Part shown: positions 1-12,540 of the stretch, in pieces
Numbering within the stretch: position 1 is the stretch's first letter
How the letters are laid out: the number at the start of each line of letters is the position of its first letter
Source of the DNA: Octopus sinensis
Taxonomy: Eukaryota
DNA: 64,000 nt
NCBI RefSeq assembly: GCF_006345805.1
Contig: NC_042997.1
Location: 89,838,001-89,902,000 of the forward strand
Reading direction: 5' to 3'
Notes under the pieces: model-generated
Databases searched by the model: none
Seen by the model: only the letters and a program-made list of their open reading frames with translations
What the model was told of the DNA's origin: nothing
Made by a program: the position numbers and the translations under genes

Positions 1-299
1 TGCCAATCCTTGTCTCTCCAAGGAAGGTAATTTCCAAGCAAGGCACGTTTTCACAGATTATTGAAAATGAATGGCTTTCATTTCCAATGTTACTCAATTT
101 TTAAGACAAGAAGACACACACACACTGGGCTTCTTTCAGCTTCCATCTATCAAATCCACTCACAGGGTTTTGACTTAATGATGTCATTCACCTTGACTAA
201 CTCAATTGCTATCTACTTCTCAGTCAAAAGTAAAGTATATATATATATATATATATATACTAATACCTAATTGTCATCTACTTATAAAAAAAAACTATT

Positions 300-466
300 T
301 CGTTGATCCTTCCCTGTGACCAGTCGGGTTAGTACAAGACTTTGGTCTTGGTTGACCTGGAGCTATAATTAAAAATACTTGCCCGAGTACCATGCTGTGG
401 GATAGAACCCAAAACCATGTGGTTGGAAAGCAAACTTCTTAACCAAAGAGCCATGCCTATACCTAC
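300..466 (-). mobile_element. SINE family A, 5' half
   Basis: Reverse complement of the family A head and CORE-like region. Confidence 0.7.
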
Positions 467-642
467 ATTGTGTAGTAATAATCTAATCACTTGAGCTTTG
501 CAGAGAATCCTCAACTAATGAGAGCTCAGGTAATTTGTGCTCCTGAAGACGGAACCTAATTTTGGGGACACAAACCTGGCGGCGTGTGACCTTGCTGTGA
601 AAAGATATTCAGAGATCAGGAGAACTGGCATTTGTAATGATT

Positions 643-874
643 TTAACTCTTGTTACAATATTTCTGTGAAAATAATTCTGCTTTTATTTCATTTAATTTT
701 GAAAATAATGCAGAATTTAGTAAAATAACTTTGTTGTTATTAAAACTGGTGTTTGAAACATAAACTAACATGAAATATTGATGGAAGGTTTTAATTTAGA
801 TAATTTTAAAACGGGATGTTTTTGTATCCTAGAATCAGAGCTGGTCTCAGATGAGTTGGTATCAAAAAGGTTAA
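643..874. mobile_element. Older piggyBac-type MITE related to P2
   Basis: Ends ttaactcttgttac and ggtatcaaaaaggttaa. Internal sequence is similar to 52614-52833 and 40090-40323. Confidence 0.65.
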
Positions 875-1365
875 GGACCTTTAGTTTGGAGGTGGGGGGA
901 AAAATGTAAATATAATTGCATCAAAGCAAAAATGGAATTAGAAGTGGGAATACTGTGAATTTTCAAATAAAAACATATTGCAGAGATTTGTTAAAATAAA
1001 TAGAGAAATAAAAACTCAATCTCACCTGTGTGATCTTTCATAAAAAAAAGAGAAAAAGAAAGAGAAACAGAATTTCAAAAACTGTTGCTGATAATATATG
1101 TCACCTTTTGAAGCATTTTAGATGTATCCCCCAAATTTTTATGACTTAAATTAGTCAAAATCAATAACAGCAACTTGTAAATTGCGATTGCCTGTCAGAA
1201 TAAAGGTTATCTGCTGAACTATATCAGCCACTTTAGGTAAGTTTTAAAAGAAATATTATGTCGCAATCACTTTAGAACTAGATTTAGGTAGCAAAAAGAA
1301 AAAACACAATCAAAAGCAGTGATGAAATATTAAGGATGATCTGTTAGTATTCTTTTTTTTTTAAA

Positions 1366-1528
1366 TGATATTCTATTTTTTCGAAAACAATTGCAGCGTG
1401 GAAGGTGTTTATAAGCCATTTAAGAAACACACAAAAGCCGTTCGATTCACTTCAACATTTAAGTTTAATTTGTCAAAATATTTTCGTCGCTAAAATCCGC
1501 GACCTGTTCACTGACAAAAATCCGTGCT
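1366..1528 (-). mobile_element. Penelope-like-element-type terminal repeat fragment carrying the hammerhead motif
   Basis: CpG-retaining island in CpG-poor DNA. Minimal hammerheads with a palindromic helix III are characteristic of Penelope-like elements. Boundaries approximate, no clear TSD. Confidence 0.45.
1469..1518 (-). ncRNA. Minimal type-I hammerhead ribozyme motif, G3-C8 core variant
   Basis: Minus strand reads TTTGTCA-GTGAACA-G-GTCGC-ggatttta-GCGAC-GAA-AATATT-T-TGACAAA: 7-bp helix I, 5-bp helix II, palindromic helix III and a UUU triplet. Folded by hand; activity untested. Confidence 0.7.
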
Positions 1529-1914
1529 TCTTTAAAAAATTCTTTGTGATTTACTACATTATTAGTATTTTTTTTTGTTTTTGAAAATTTGTTGCAGGTC
1601 AACTACTTGTGATGTTAGTACAATGAGAAGTAGTTGTAAAGCTCAAGTTGTCAAAGAAATGTTAGAGTACAGGTGGCCTAAATGTGTAATATAGACAAGA
1701 AGTGGAGTGATGGTGTGTTGTACTAACCATACTGGTTACAGGGAAGGAACACAGAAATAGGCTCTTTTTAGATAATAATTAGGTATTATATATATATATA
1801 TTTCATTTGACTGAGAAATAGATAGCAATTAAGTTAGTCAAGGTGAATGACAATATCATTAAACTTAGGCTAGTTGATGGTCCACATGATGGTCACCTCT
1901 CTATATATTACTGA

Positions 1915-2222
1915 GGTGCAGGCATGGCTGTGTGGTAAGATATTTTTTTTCTAACCACATGATTCTGGGTTCAGTCTCACTGCATGGCACTTTAGGCAAG
2001 TATCTTCTACTATAGCCTAGGCTGACCAAATCTCTGAGTGGATTTTGTTGGCAGAAACTGAAAGAAGCCTGTCATACAGGTATATATGTATGTGTATATA
2101 TGTAGCTATGTGTGTATTTGTTTGTTTTCTCCTACACTACTTTACAACCAATGTTGGTTTGTTTATGTCCCCACAACTTAACGGTTCAGCAAAAAGGACT
2201 GCTTGAGTAAGTACCAGGCTTA
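1915..2222 (+). mobile_element. SINE family A
   Basis: Head ggcatggctgtgtggtaag, B box gggttcagtc, then gaaactgaaagaagcc and taagtaccagg. Confidence 0.8.
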
Positions 2223-3267
2223 AAATGAAAGTAGGAAAGACTTGAAACATGCGTGGACTTTACTAAAGGCACTTAAAAGCCAGATGATAGTATTAAAATG
2301 GATGAGGGACTAAGTCTACCATTCAAGATAAAGATAGAAATAGAAAATCCTTGTAGTTATGGCATCCAACTTAGTGATTCCAAGTGACCCTACTGCAAGC
2401 TGCTTACCAATTCTCTTTCTAAGATTTCCAGGCTTCAAATTGGGTCTTGTAGCCATGCAAGAGAGGCAAAAGGATAGAATGGCGCAAGGGACAGTATAAT
2501 GATGATGATAAAGATGGGGCTATTATGCTTAACTGGCTTAAAAAAGATTAAGATGGGATTATCTTGTTCAAATCCTTTATGTGTTGCATTATGAGCTTCA
2601 CTGTATTGTCTTCCTTTGCCCCCTTCCCATCATTTTCATTCAAAGATTTGAACATGTAACAATAATTAGATGTTGAAAGCTGTTTAGGAATAAACTTCTT
2701 TACAATGCTAAATAGCTGGCTTTTACAGTGAATTTGCTTGAAAGGTTTCACAATTAATGCTTTTTAAATTGTTAGTAAACAGTATGAATGATAGAAAATC
2801 CTTGAAATTATATTGATATTTAATACCCAACCACTAAATCAATATTTGGAGCAAGTGGTCCAGCAAAGTTAGGTTTATATTACAGGATATGATCTATTCC
2901 TAATAAAGGTTGCAATATTTTCAATGGCGATACTTTTGTTTTGATAGATCACATACTGACATGTGATATAGTCTCATTAAGGAAGTATTAATAGGATTTA
3001 AGTTATGAAATCGACATGTATTATGGGGTATTTTCCATATTATTTTTCTCAAGAGTATCATTGAAATATTACCTGCAGCAGGATTGTGTGTGTGTGGTGG
3101 GGTGTATTCTGTAAAAGCACCATCATCATTGTCACCACTGTCATTATCATTGCTGTCCTCATCAGCAGCTGTTCTCTTCCTCATTTTACAATAGACATGC
3201 ATGTGTATATGTATGTGCACACACATACACATGCAAGCACATATTAGTATGCACATATTTTTAAAGG

Positions 3268-3968
3268 CAAAGCTGTTGGGTAGGAAATTTGCTTCCAACC
3301 ACATGGTTCCGAGTTCAATACCTCTGCATGGCACTTTGGGCAAGTGTCTCCTACTGTAGCCCTGAGCTGACAAAAGATGAGTGAGTAGATTTGGTGGATG
3401 GAAACTGAAAGAAGCTCATTGTGTGTGTGTATGCATCATCATCATCATCATTTGATGTCTGTTGTCCATGCTAGCATGAATTAGGTGGTTTGGCCAGAGC
3501 TGGCAAGCTTGTGGGCTGCACCAGACTCCAGTCTGATTTGGCATGGTTTCTACAGCTGAATGCCAACTACTTTACAGAATGTGTTGGCTGCTTTTAGGTG
3601 GCACCACATGAGAACTTTTACATGGCATTGCATGGGTGCTTTTATGTGGTGCCACATGAGCACTTTTATGTGGCACTGCCACGAGTGCTTTTCATTACCA
3701 GACGGACTGGTCTTCACACTTCTGCTGTGGAGTATGGGTCTTCCTTAGTATTGCATATGTTTATATGTTTGCCCCACACTACCACTTGACAATTGGTGTT
3801 GTTTTGTTTACATCTTTGTAACTTCATGGTTTGGCATAAGGGACTAATAGCATAGGTACCAAGTTTTAAGAAAAAGTACTAGGGTTGATTCATTTGACTA
3901 AAAGCCTTCAAAGCAGTACCCCAGCATGGCTGCAGTCTAGTGACTGCAACAAATAAAAGATAAAAGAT
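3268..3968 (+). mobile_element. SINE family A split by an (ATG)n-tailed retroposon fragment (about 3441-3700)
   Basis: 5' half at 3268-3420 and 3' half at 3765-3968 ending gactgcaacaaataaaagataaaaga. Confidence 0.7.
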
Positions 3969-4620
3969 ATGTTATTTTTTGTTTGATGTAGTCATCTTCA
4001 CATTTCATGGTCTTTATTAATTACAACATAAATAAAACGTGTGATCTAGTGTAAAATCTGTCTGCCTGTAGAAAGCTGCTTTTGGATATATATATCCAGG
4101 ATGTTGGATAAATGAGATTAATTCTAAATTTAGTTATCTTATAAAGGTGGAAAAACATTGATTTGAAAGCTGCTTTGTATAGTTGTATTTGTTAGCATGT
4201 TATTTATCAATCTGTTTTTAAAAGATAAGTTTACTTTCTATTCTTTATTAACGATTGAATGATTAAGATATATATTTTCTCTTAACTTGTTTGTATGTCA
4301 TATGTTCTATATTTCAAGTAATTTTTTTGTTTTGTTTATTGAAAGTTTATAGATGAATTAGACTTGCAATAAAGTGTATGGTTTAACATAGAAGCTTTGT
4401 AAGAGATGTGAAAGAGTTATCTACTTGAACATTATTGATTTCTTTTGACCAGATGCAAAACTGATATTCAAAAGAGAAAAGTATAATTGATTGAATTGTT
4501 CATAGTATTTTATTTATTCTCATTTTATTGAATCCACTGGTATAAATGGTAAAAATTAATTATAATAAGATTTGAACTCAGAACGTGGCGGGATGAAATT
4601 AAACGTTTTAAGGTCCAGCA

Positions 4621-5118
4621 CTTACTATACTTACTTACTTAGGCCCTTTGCATCTATGGAGCATAGGCCATTGACAACTTTTCATCATTGTTCTTAACTC
4701 TGAGCTGTCTTTTCTTCTTCTCTCCCAGTTGGGTTCCTGCTTTTTTCCAGTTCTGCCTCAGAATCTTGCCTCCAGCTATTTTTAGGGCATCCTCTCTTGT
4801 GAGATCCAGGTTATGGCCTGGTGTGTAATGCAGGGCATTGGTTTATCACATCGTATGTTTTTCTGAGGGAGAGCCTTCTTCTCTCATGTGTTGCCAATTT
4901 TGAATTGATGTAACTTTGATTTTTATTTTTCTCTGGTAGGAGTGCTAGCCTTATGCAAACTCATTTTTACCTTTTAGAAGAGGTGGTCCATATTGGTCTG
5001 ACCTCTATCTTTTGACCTCTCCAACATGAGAAGCCCTATCAGGAGCTTGTATTGTGCTGGTATAGTTCACAGGGTCATTGAGGCACACAAACCACCACAG
5101 CACATTAAGGACTGACCC
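4621..5118 (-). mobile_element. Internally deleted RTE-type LINE (5' UTR joined to the RT C-terminus and (TAAG)n tail)
   Basis: The - strand of 4640-4830 gives degenerate RTE C-terminal words (KRGCPKNSWRQDSEAE and VVNGLCS) before a taag-repeat tail. 4925-5118 resembles an RTE 5' UTR from memory and is similar to 51590-51730. Confidence 0.6.
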
Positions 5119-6061
5119 TTGTGGTAGCAGCAACTTACTATGGTTCTTGATTATTTCTTCCTGCATATTACTCTCCTATTTGTTTAAACATTATTGAACT
5201 TTGGTAACCTTGTTACAGATGACATCTTTTGTCATTGTAGGGCTAGTTAATGTCATACAGGCACATTGTTCCCTTTCTGTTGAGCAGCATCATAACAGAT
5301 GAACCAGACTTCCATGTCCTGCTGATACTTACTGTACAGGCCATGGATTTGAACCTGGCACTGTGAACTATGAAAAAGTATCTACCATTGTGTAGTATTG
5401 TAATGTTTGTATTATTAGTTTTATGCAAGGCTGAATTGTTACCATGCCGGACAGAATGCTTAGCAATGTTTTTTTCAGTCCATTGTGATCTGAGTTCAAA
5501 TACCACTTGATTTTACTTTTCATCTTTTTGGGGTTGATAAAATAAGTACCCATTGAGCACTGGGGTCAATGTAATTGATTAAGGTCTTCCTACTAAAATG
5601 TGCCAGATTTGAAACCATTATTCGTTCCACTGTGACTATTAAATTTTTTAATTAATAAACTTAATCAAAGACTGTCACTCATGATTGTGAGATTGAAGTG
5701 TTTGACATTCAACTTGAACTTTAGTAGTTAATGTCTGAAAGTACAGTATGAGAAAAAGAGCGAATGTCATATTGGTTAGGAAGCATCATTGTGGCAGATG
5801 GATACCCTTCTTGTCACTAATCTTCGTTTGTTTCCAAGCAAGGCAATATGCCCTTATGACTGGACATATTTTTATAGAAGATTGGAAATAAATAACACCA
5901 TTTGTATGATGGTGATGCTTGTTTATAACTATCATGCAATATCACGACAAGGATGCAGACACATGCACACATGAAAACCCAAACATATACACTTATATGA
6001 TGGGCTTCTTTCAGTTTCTGTCAACGAGATCTACTCATAAGGCTTTTGCACATAAAAGGCA

Positions 6062-6265
6062 TTGGTGTGGGTGCTGGTGCCATGTAAAAAGCACCCAGTA
6101 CTCTATGTAGAGTGGTTGGCATTAGGAAAGGTGTCCAGCTGTAGAAACCAAACCAAAACCGGCTATGAAACCTGGTGTGGTCTCTGGCCTTGCCAGTTCC
6201 TGTCAAGCTGTCCAACCCAATCCAGCATGGAAAATGGATATTAAATGTTGATGATAATGATGTGG
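6062..6265 (+). mobile_element. (ATG)n-tailed retroposon fragment (SINE or LINE 3' end, family unassigned)
   Basis: ggttggcattaggaaagg through cagcatggaaaatggatattaaatg and an atg repeat tail. Recurs near 3441-3700, 8130-8295, 21020-21170, 41701-41915, 54745-54965 and 61295-61455. Confidence 0.65.
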
Positions 6266-9200
6266 CTATAGAATAAGACACTTGTCCAAAGGGTCATGTA
6301 ATGAGACTGAATATGAAACTACATGGTTGGAAAACAAACTTCTTAACCACACAACCATGCCTGTTTAATTCAGAGTAATGTGGATGAAACACAATAGAAA
6401 TGATGAAAGAAACACAAGTGGGTTGAAGCAGATGTGATTTACTGCTAGCCAAGTTCAGTGGAATGGAGTCTATTTTAAAGCTGTAGAATAGGCAGAAAGA
6501 AGGACTGGCAGGTCTGTGAACTTCTACAAGGATAGTCACTGCTATCAGCTAAGAACTTTTTTCAGCCTGTGTGATATCACTTTGTATCAAATATCTTTAT
6601 CACTGCACTTATCTAATGACCACTTACTTTCTCAAATCTTATGAAACTGTTAGGCCTTTCTTATAGATTAGTGCTTCACCTAATTTTTTCTTTTATGAAA
6701 TACAATTGTGTAGGATTTTATGTGGAGATTAAGGAAGATTGAATGGGATTTGGTGGAGTAGATTAGAGCAATTAAATGAATCTATAGGTACGTTAATGTT
6801 TAATTTGTTTAGGTTTAGTAATTTTTATTCGGCTCTTTTATAATCTGTCACACTTCCTTTTGTTTAAGTAATTGCTTGAGTAAATTAACAATTTAATCAA
6901 GAAAGTTGTTTATCATGACTACTTGTTTATATATTGAAACATACTAATGCATTTATATTTAATCTCCCTTTTAAACTTGATTTTATTGTACATCTGTATT
7001 TACTTTTGACAACTATTTGCACCTTACCACCTGGTTTTATGACACCTTTTCTATTAATCACATTTAAACTGAAAAAAATATCATTCTAATGTCTTGTATG
7101 TAGGTTTTGTTCTTTTTTTTTTTTTAATTCTTTCTTCAGTTGTAGTACAAACATGTAACTGTGTGTACTATACATTAATTACAGTATCTTAATGTTTAGA
7201 ACTAACTCACCTTTTTTAAAATCTCTGTTTATTTGTTACCAAAGAAATGAGTTAATGTGATGCTTAACACAAGCAAAACTACTTGCCTTTATTTTATATG
7301 AATTTTGAGAGACACTCATTCATATTAGATGTTGGTTCTTTAGCAAAGATATTCTGTTGCTACCTTGATTCATGTGATCTTTAACAGGTTGTCTTTGCAG
7401 TCATTGTTGACCTTCTGAGTGTGAAGAGGAGAAGTGGCTCAAGGAAATGGTTTGCAATTAGCTAGCTCAGAAAGGGAGAGATTGTTATAGTTGCATTAGA
7501 ATAGTTGTAGGGAGAAGTCAAACAGCATGCCTGTAGGATTGGGGTTATATTGCATTGAGGAGTATATTGTCTCTAAGGAATATTTAAAAAAAAAACGAAA
7601 CTGGTAGGAATGTTTTTTAGATTGTTGATTTTGTGATTTCTATTTTTTTTTTTATCTGGCACCTCTGTATGGATATAGCCAGCTAGATACAATCACTCAA
7701 AAAGTCAAAATACTCCAGTTGAAATGTTTTTTTTTTTTTTAGTTTTGTTTGTCATCAAATATTCAGTCCCCACTATCAAATAGTTGACTAACATGGCTGC
7801 TTTTCCGTGACTATGATTTCCATGTTTAATAGTGCAGTCAGTCTTCAGATGAATGCAATTCTGTTGAAAGTTTTCTTTTAAGAGAAAAACTTTCACTTGA
7901 ATAAAATCCATCTGAAGACTGCTCTAACTGCATGAAGCTTCAACTTCAAAACTGTAATATTTATCTACTATATTAAAGTAAATATAACTATATATTCGGT
8001 TCTATCTTTCTTTCTGAAGCCACTTTCAGATTATTATCATTATTGTAACACACAAGCACATGTACATGCACACATGCACCTACGTATATACACATGCATG
8101 CACATACATATATACATAACAAATTTACTCACACTGTTGCCATGTAAAATGCACAAGTGGTTGGTGTTAGGGAAGTCATCCAGCTATAACAATGCCAAAA
8201 CTGAGACTTTGGAATGACCCAGCTCTCCAACCTGTCAGATCCTGTCAAACTGTCCAATTTATACCAGCATGGGAAGTAGATGTAAAATGATATGTACATC
8301 CTCTCTCTCTGTCTCTGTCTGTCTCTCCCCCTCCCCCCTACATACACACATGCACGCTCTGGCAGGGTTGTTATACTCCCCTCCACTATATTACACACAA
8401 ATAGGACAAAATAACTAGAGTGTTGCAATTGTAGGTAAAATAAGATTATGCATGTTCAGTGCTAGCCTGAACATATAACTGATGCACATAGCATATGCCA
8501 TAACCTTTATACAGTGGCTTGTCCTGATAGAAATATTGGTCAAATCTCCCTTAACCCTTTAGCATTTAAACCAATCACATCAGGCCCGTAAACAATCGCC
8601 TCATCGAAATATCAAAGCTAAAAGATCATAAATCCAAAACAATGTGAATAAATAAGCATTAGATTTGACAGAATAATCTGAATGTCTTAAATTAATAAGG
8701 GGACTTTGGGTAATGAAGTCCAGTTTATCTGAAAATTAGACTGTTTGGATATGGTTGGAAAGTCTTTTGATATCTGCTTGATCAAGGATGATGTGCTTCA
8801 ACAACAGCATCAACAATAACAAAGCATCTGATTATTTAAATACAATAATTTGTTTTGGAATACTGGTTCTCAAAGTACATCACATACAGCTATATATACT
8901 ATTCCTTACAACTGTATATGATGTGTTTCAAAAACCATTATTTCTAAAAAAAAAAAAGTATTACTTAACACTATCTCAGAAGTTTATAAAAATTCTTAAG
9001 ATAAATATAATAATTTTTTATAAAAATTTTGAAACAATTTTCTTGTTTGAATTTGAACAGTTTTCTTTCCCTCTTCTCTCTAACACTCATGCTTTCTCTC
9101 AACCAAGGTTTGGTAGAGCTGATTCCTTTAATTACCAACCAATGAAAACTGATGAAATTCAAAGTTTGTTAAAAAAAATAATTTTAGTGGTGTGACTCCA

Positions 9201-11004
9201 TTCATGATAAACAAATAAATGCTTCATAGGATTGGTGGGTGGAGGGATGAAGGAAAACCTACAAAAAAAGTGGCTACCTGTCCTTGGACTTGTTCATTCA
9301 AAACATGTTTTTCTTAAATTAATAAACAAAACTCAAATTACAAGGTTAACAGCCTAATAAAGTTCTCCATTTGAACTAATAACTTCTCTTGAAAATGGTG
9401 GCATAAAGTCATATTGTTATTTTGACTCTGTTGTTGTTGTAACTCTTACTCTAACCTCCTATCTACTTGTATTAGAAACTTTCTAAAGGTCATTTTGGAG
9501 GTGATATCCATAATCAATATTCTCTATACATTTGGCTATGTTTTCTTCCATTCTGTTCTAACTCTTTCACTCATATTTAATATTATCTGAAGTGAATACA
9601 ATGATGTCGGTACATAGATTTGCGAGCCATTTACTAGCAATTTTGTATGATACTTCTTCCTATCTGCCTGGTTATTTGTGATGGCTGAGATCTCTTGAAC
9701 TTACAGTGTCTTCTTCATATTCTGTTAGAAGAAGCTGTTTTCTACTCCTGCAAACTTTAGCTGAAATTAATATAGGCGTCTAGAGAATGAATGTAGTACC
9801 GATGAAATCTAATAGTCTAGTAGTCTTCTGTAATGTCACAGTGCTAATACGAAAATAGTTATACAGTTATTTACAAGAACTGTGCTAAAGAAAAAAAAAT
9901 ACCAGTTATACTATTTGATCAAATAAATTAACTACCAAAAAATATCCTTGTTCCTTTTATTTTTAGATAAGTGCTGTTTTGTGTTTTAGTGTTGATCTTA
10001 TTTATTCCAAGTTGGGTCCAACTGAGCTAATTGTAATCAAAAGATACCAGCTATGATCATGTTGTTTTCAGAATAGTGTACCTATTTAATATAAACCTTT
10101 AATATAAGACTATATTATTTAATGTGCATTTTCTTCAGTTGTTAGGGCATGATTGCCTACTGTTTTTAACAGATTGTGTGACTGCTTAAAGACTCTTTTT
10201 AGCCTTTGTTTTTCATGTCACTTTTCTAGATAAATGTCTTTCTTGAATAGTAGATTATTATGGTTTTAGTATTTACACCTATAATATAAACTATTCAATG
10301 ACAATATACTAGATGGTTTTGATTTCCTTTTCCAGTGTGTTGTAATGATAGTAATTTTAGAACAGTGTACGAATGTAACAATGTTGCATTTCTTTCTCTG
10401 TACTTATTTTTTGATTATTATTATTTTTGTTATTGTTATTAAGCAGCTTCAGTTAGATCTACTTAAGCAGAGTCATATAAAAAGTCCCTAAAAAGTCATA
10501 TAAAATGTGTGGAATATTGTTAGTTTTTGGTCTAACCAGAGTGTCTGATTGAACATAAGATGTATGGAGTGTTATTTTGTCACCAACCTGAGTATCTGAT
10601 TCCAAATAAGCTTGTGAGATCACCATTTGCAAGCTTAAGTATGTGATCATACATAAAATGTAAGGAGTGGCAGTTAATGAGAGTACCTGATTAGCTTTGT
10701 AGCTATTCTGTTTCAGTTATTCAGATATGGGACATAAGATATTTAGTTTCTGTTTTCAAGATACCAGGGAAATTTGCTGAGAGAAATCTCCTAACTGTCC
10801 TAATTCTTAATTTATTCTGTTGAGATACTGAACTCAATAGTAAATAGTGATTGATAAAATTTTGTTTTTATTCTTATTAAACTAGAAGTGTTCAAAGAAT
10901 ACATACCTACTTTTAGACAAACATGCATAGATACGTACATATTATATTATGCTATATCATATCATATTATATTGTATTATATTATATATTTTATATTATT
11001 AAGT

Positions 11005-11240
11005 CCTAGGATTCACAGAACTGGTTACCCGATTTCTATGGCATATAATCGACTGAAATCACAACATATCCCCCTGAACAGGATGCCATTTTGTTGCAGG
11101 GATACTTATTTAAAACTGAGTTGGCTGGAGCAGTGTAAAATGAAGTGTATTGCTCTGCAACACAATGCACTACTTGGTCTGGGAATTGAAGCCATGATCT
11201 GAAGATCGTGAGTGCATCAACCTAACCACTAGGCTATGTA
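11005..11240 (-). mobile_element. SINE family E-like copy
   Basis: ctgagttggctggagcagtgtaaaatgaagtgtattgc and gggaattgaagcc through aaccactaggctatg. Related fragment at 17955-18050. Confidence 0.55.
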
Positions 11241-11989
11241 CACTCATACATATGTATCTGTACACACACACACACACCTGTGAAAGAACTACAAATAGTT
11301 GAGTATTTGTAGTTCATATTCTGCTACTGACAGTGTACAGTGTTCATAGCCAAAATACTTAACTTTTAATATCCAAGTCCACCTGGCTGAAAATAGTTAT
11401 CACATTGTAGTGTAGGTAGTTTACTAATGTAAGGAGCAATAATTCTGTGAAATTGATGATTATTTCACTGAAATTTCATACTGAGTTCAACTCATATGGG
11501 TTTAGACATAATGATGTTGGGTCATATTTTCTTATATATATATATATATAAATCAATTGGACTGACTTTCAGCTAACAGTGGATACCTCAGATCATGAAA
11601 TTTTAACTGACTCAATTGTTTAGCAACAAATTAAATAAGAATGTTGAATGTCAGTAGATGATAAACAGAATGGTAACAATATTAGCTCCAATTTTTATTT
11701 ACCTTTTCATTTCAGTTATATTTTACAGATGTCTGTTCAGTAAGAATATTTGTTTTATCTTTTCTGAATGTTACTCATTAAAAATAGCTTTTTAAAATTA
11801 CTCTATGAATTATTATTTTTAAACTAGTGTTATCTGTTTTAAGTTTTATTTTCATAAAAATTAACTTTGAAACTGCATTGAACTTTGTTTTCATATTGAC
11901 TGGAAGAGACAAGAAATATAAAATATTCGAAAGTGCATATAATTTTTGTATGAGATTTCAGTATTTTTTAAACTTATCAGTTACTGAAT

Positions 11990-12540
11990 ATATGGCTGTA
12001 TAGTTGAGAAGTTTTCTTCCCAACCATATAGTTGTGGGTTCAGACTTACAGCATGCCACCTTGGGCAAATGTCTTCTACTATAGCACTGGGTTAACCAAA
12101 GTCTTGTGAGTGAATTTGAATATTGAAGTATGCTGTCTTTGCTTCAGTTAATTTTGAAAATAATGAAATTTTGTAAAACAACTTCGCAATTATTTAAGTT
12201 GATGTTTAGGGTATAAATTAACATGAAATTTTGACGGAAAGCTTTGATTTAAAATTGATTTGGTAAATGGAAGCTAAAAGAAGCTTATTGTGTATGTGTG
12301 ATTGTGAGAAAGTGTGTGTGTGTGTGTGTCTGTGTTTGTCTATTACACCCCACCTCCATTCAACAGTCTTTGTTGATTTGTTAGCGTCCCTGTAATCCTA
12401 GTATTTCAGCAAAATAGACTGATAAAATAAGTATCAGGGCTTAAAAATATACATTGGGTTGACCTATTTGACTAAATCTTTGAAAGCAGTGCTGTAACAT
12501 GGCCACAATCAAATGACTGAAACAATTAAAAGATAAAAGA
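11990..12540 (+). mobile_element. SINE family A interrupted by a MITE fragment (about 12130-12260)
   Basis: Head and CORE-like region at 11990-12120, 3' half at 12290-12540. Confidence 0.65.

Noticed and set aside
1199-1672. Two + strand exon-like segments (1199-1236, 1598-1672) that join in frame as NKGYLLNYISHFRSTTCDVSTMRSSCKAQVVKEMLEY
   Set aside because: No recognisable protein, a weak second donor (gtggcc), and such pairs arise by chance. Not called without RNA evidence.
1915-1995. tRNA-like A/B boxes in SINE heads as possible tRNA genes
   Set aside because: No complete cloverleaf, and each continues into SINE body sequence.
3596-3690. Four degenerate repeats of about 24 bp with short palindromes, superficially CRISPR-like
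   Set aside because: No unique spacers, eukaryotic context, and it is a tandem expansion of a motif within the (ATG)n-tailed retroposon.
5219-5400. + strand frame with an in-frame TGA followed by Cys-containing peptide, considered as a selenoprotein
   Set aside because: No SECIS-like element or homology recognised, and splice signals fit the - strand better.
7705-7960. Protein-like frames on both strands (SSDGFYSSESFSLKRKL and SDECNSVESFLLREKL)
   Set aside because: The similarity between strands is a by-product of the hairpin, and the frames are closed by stops.
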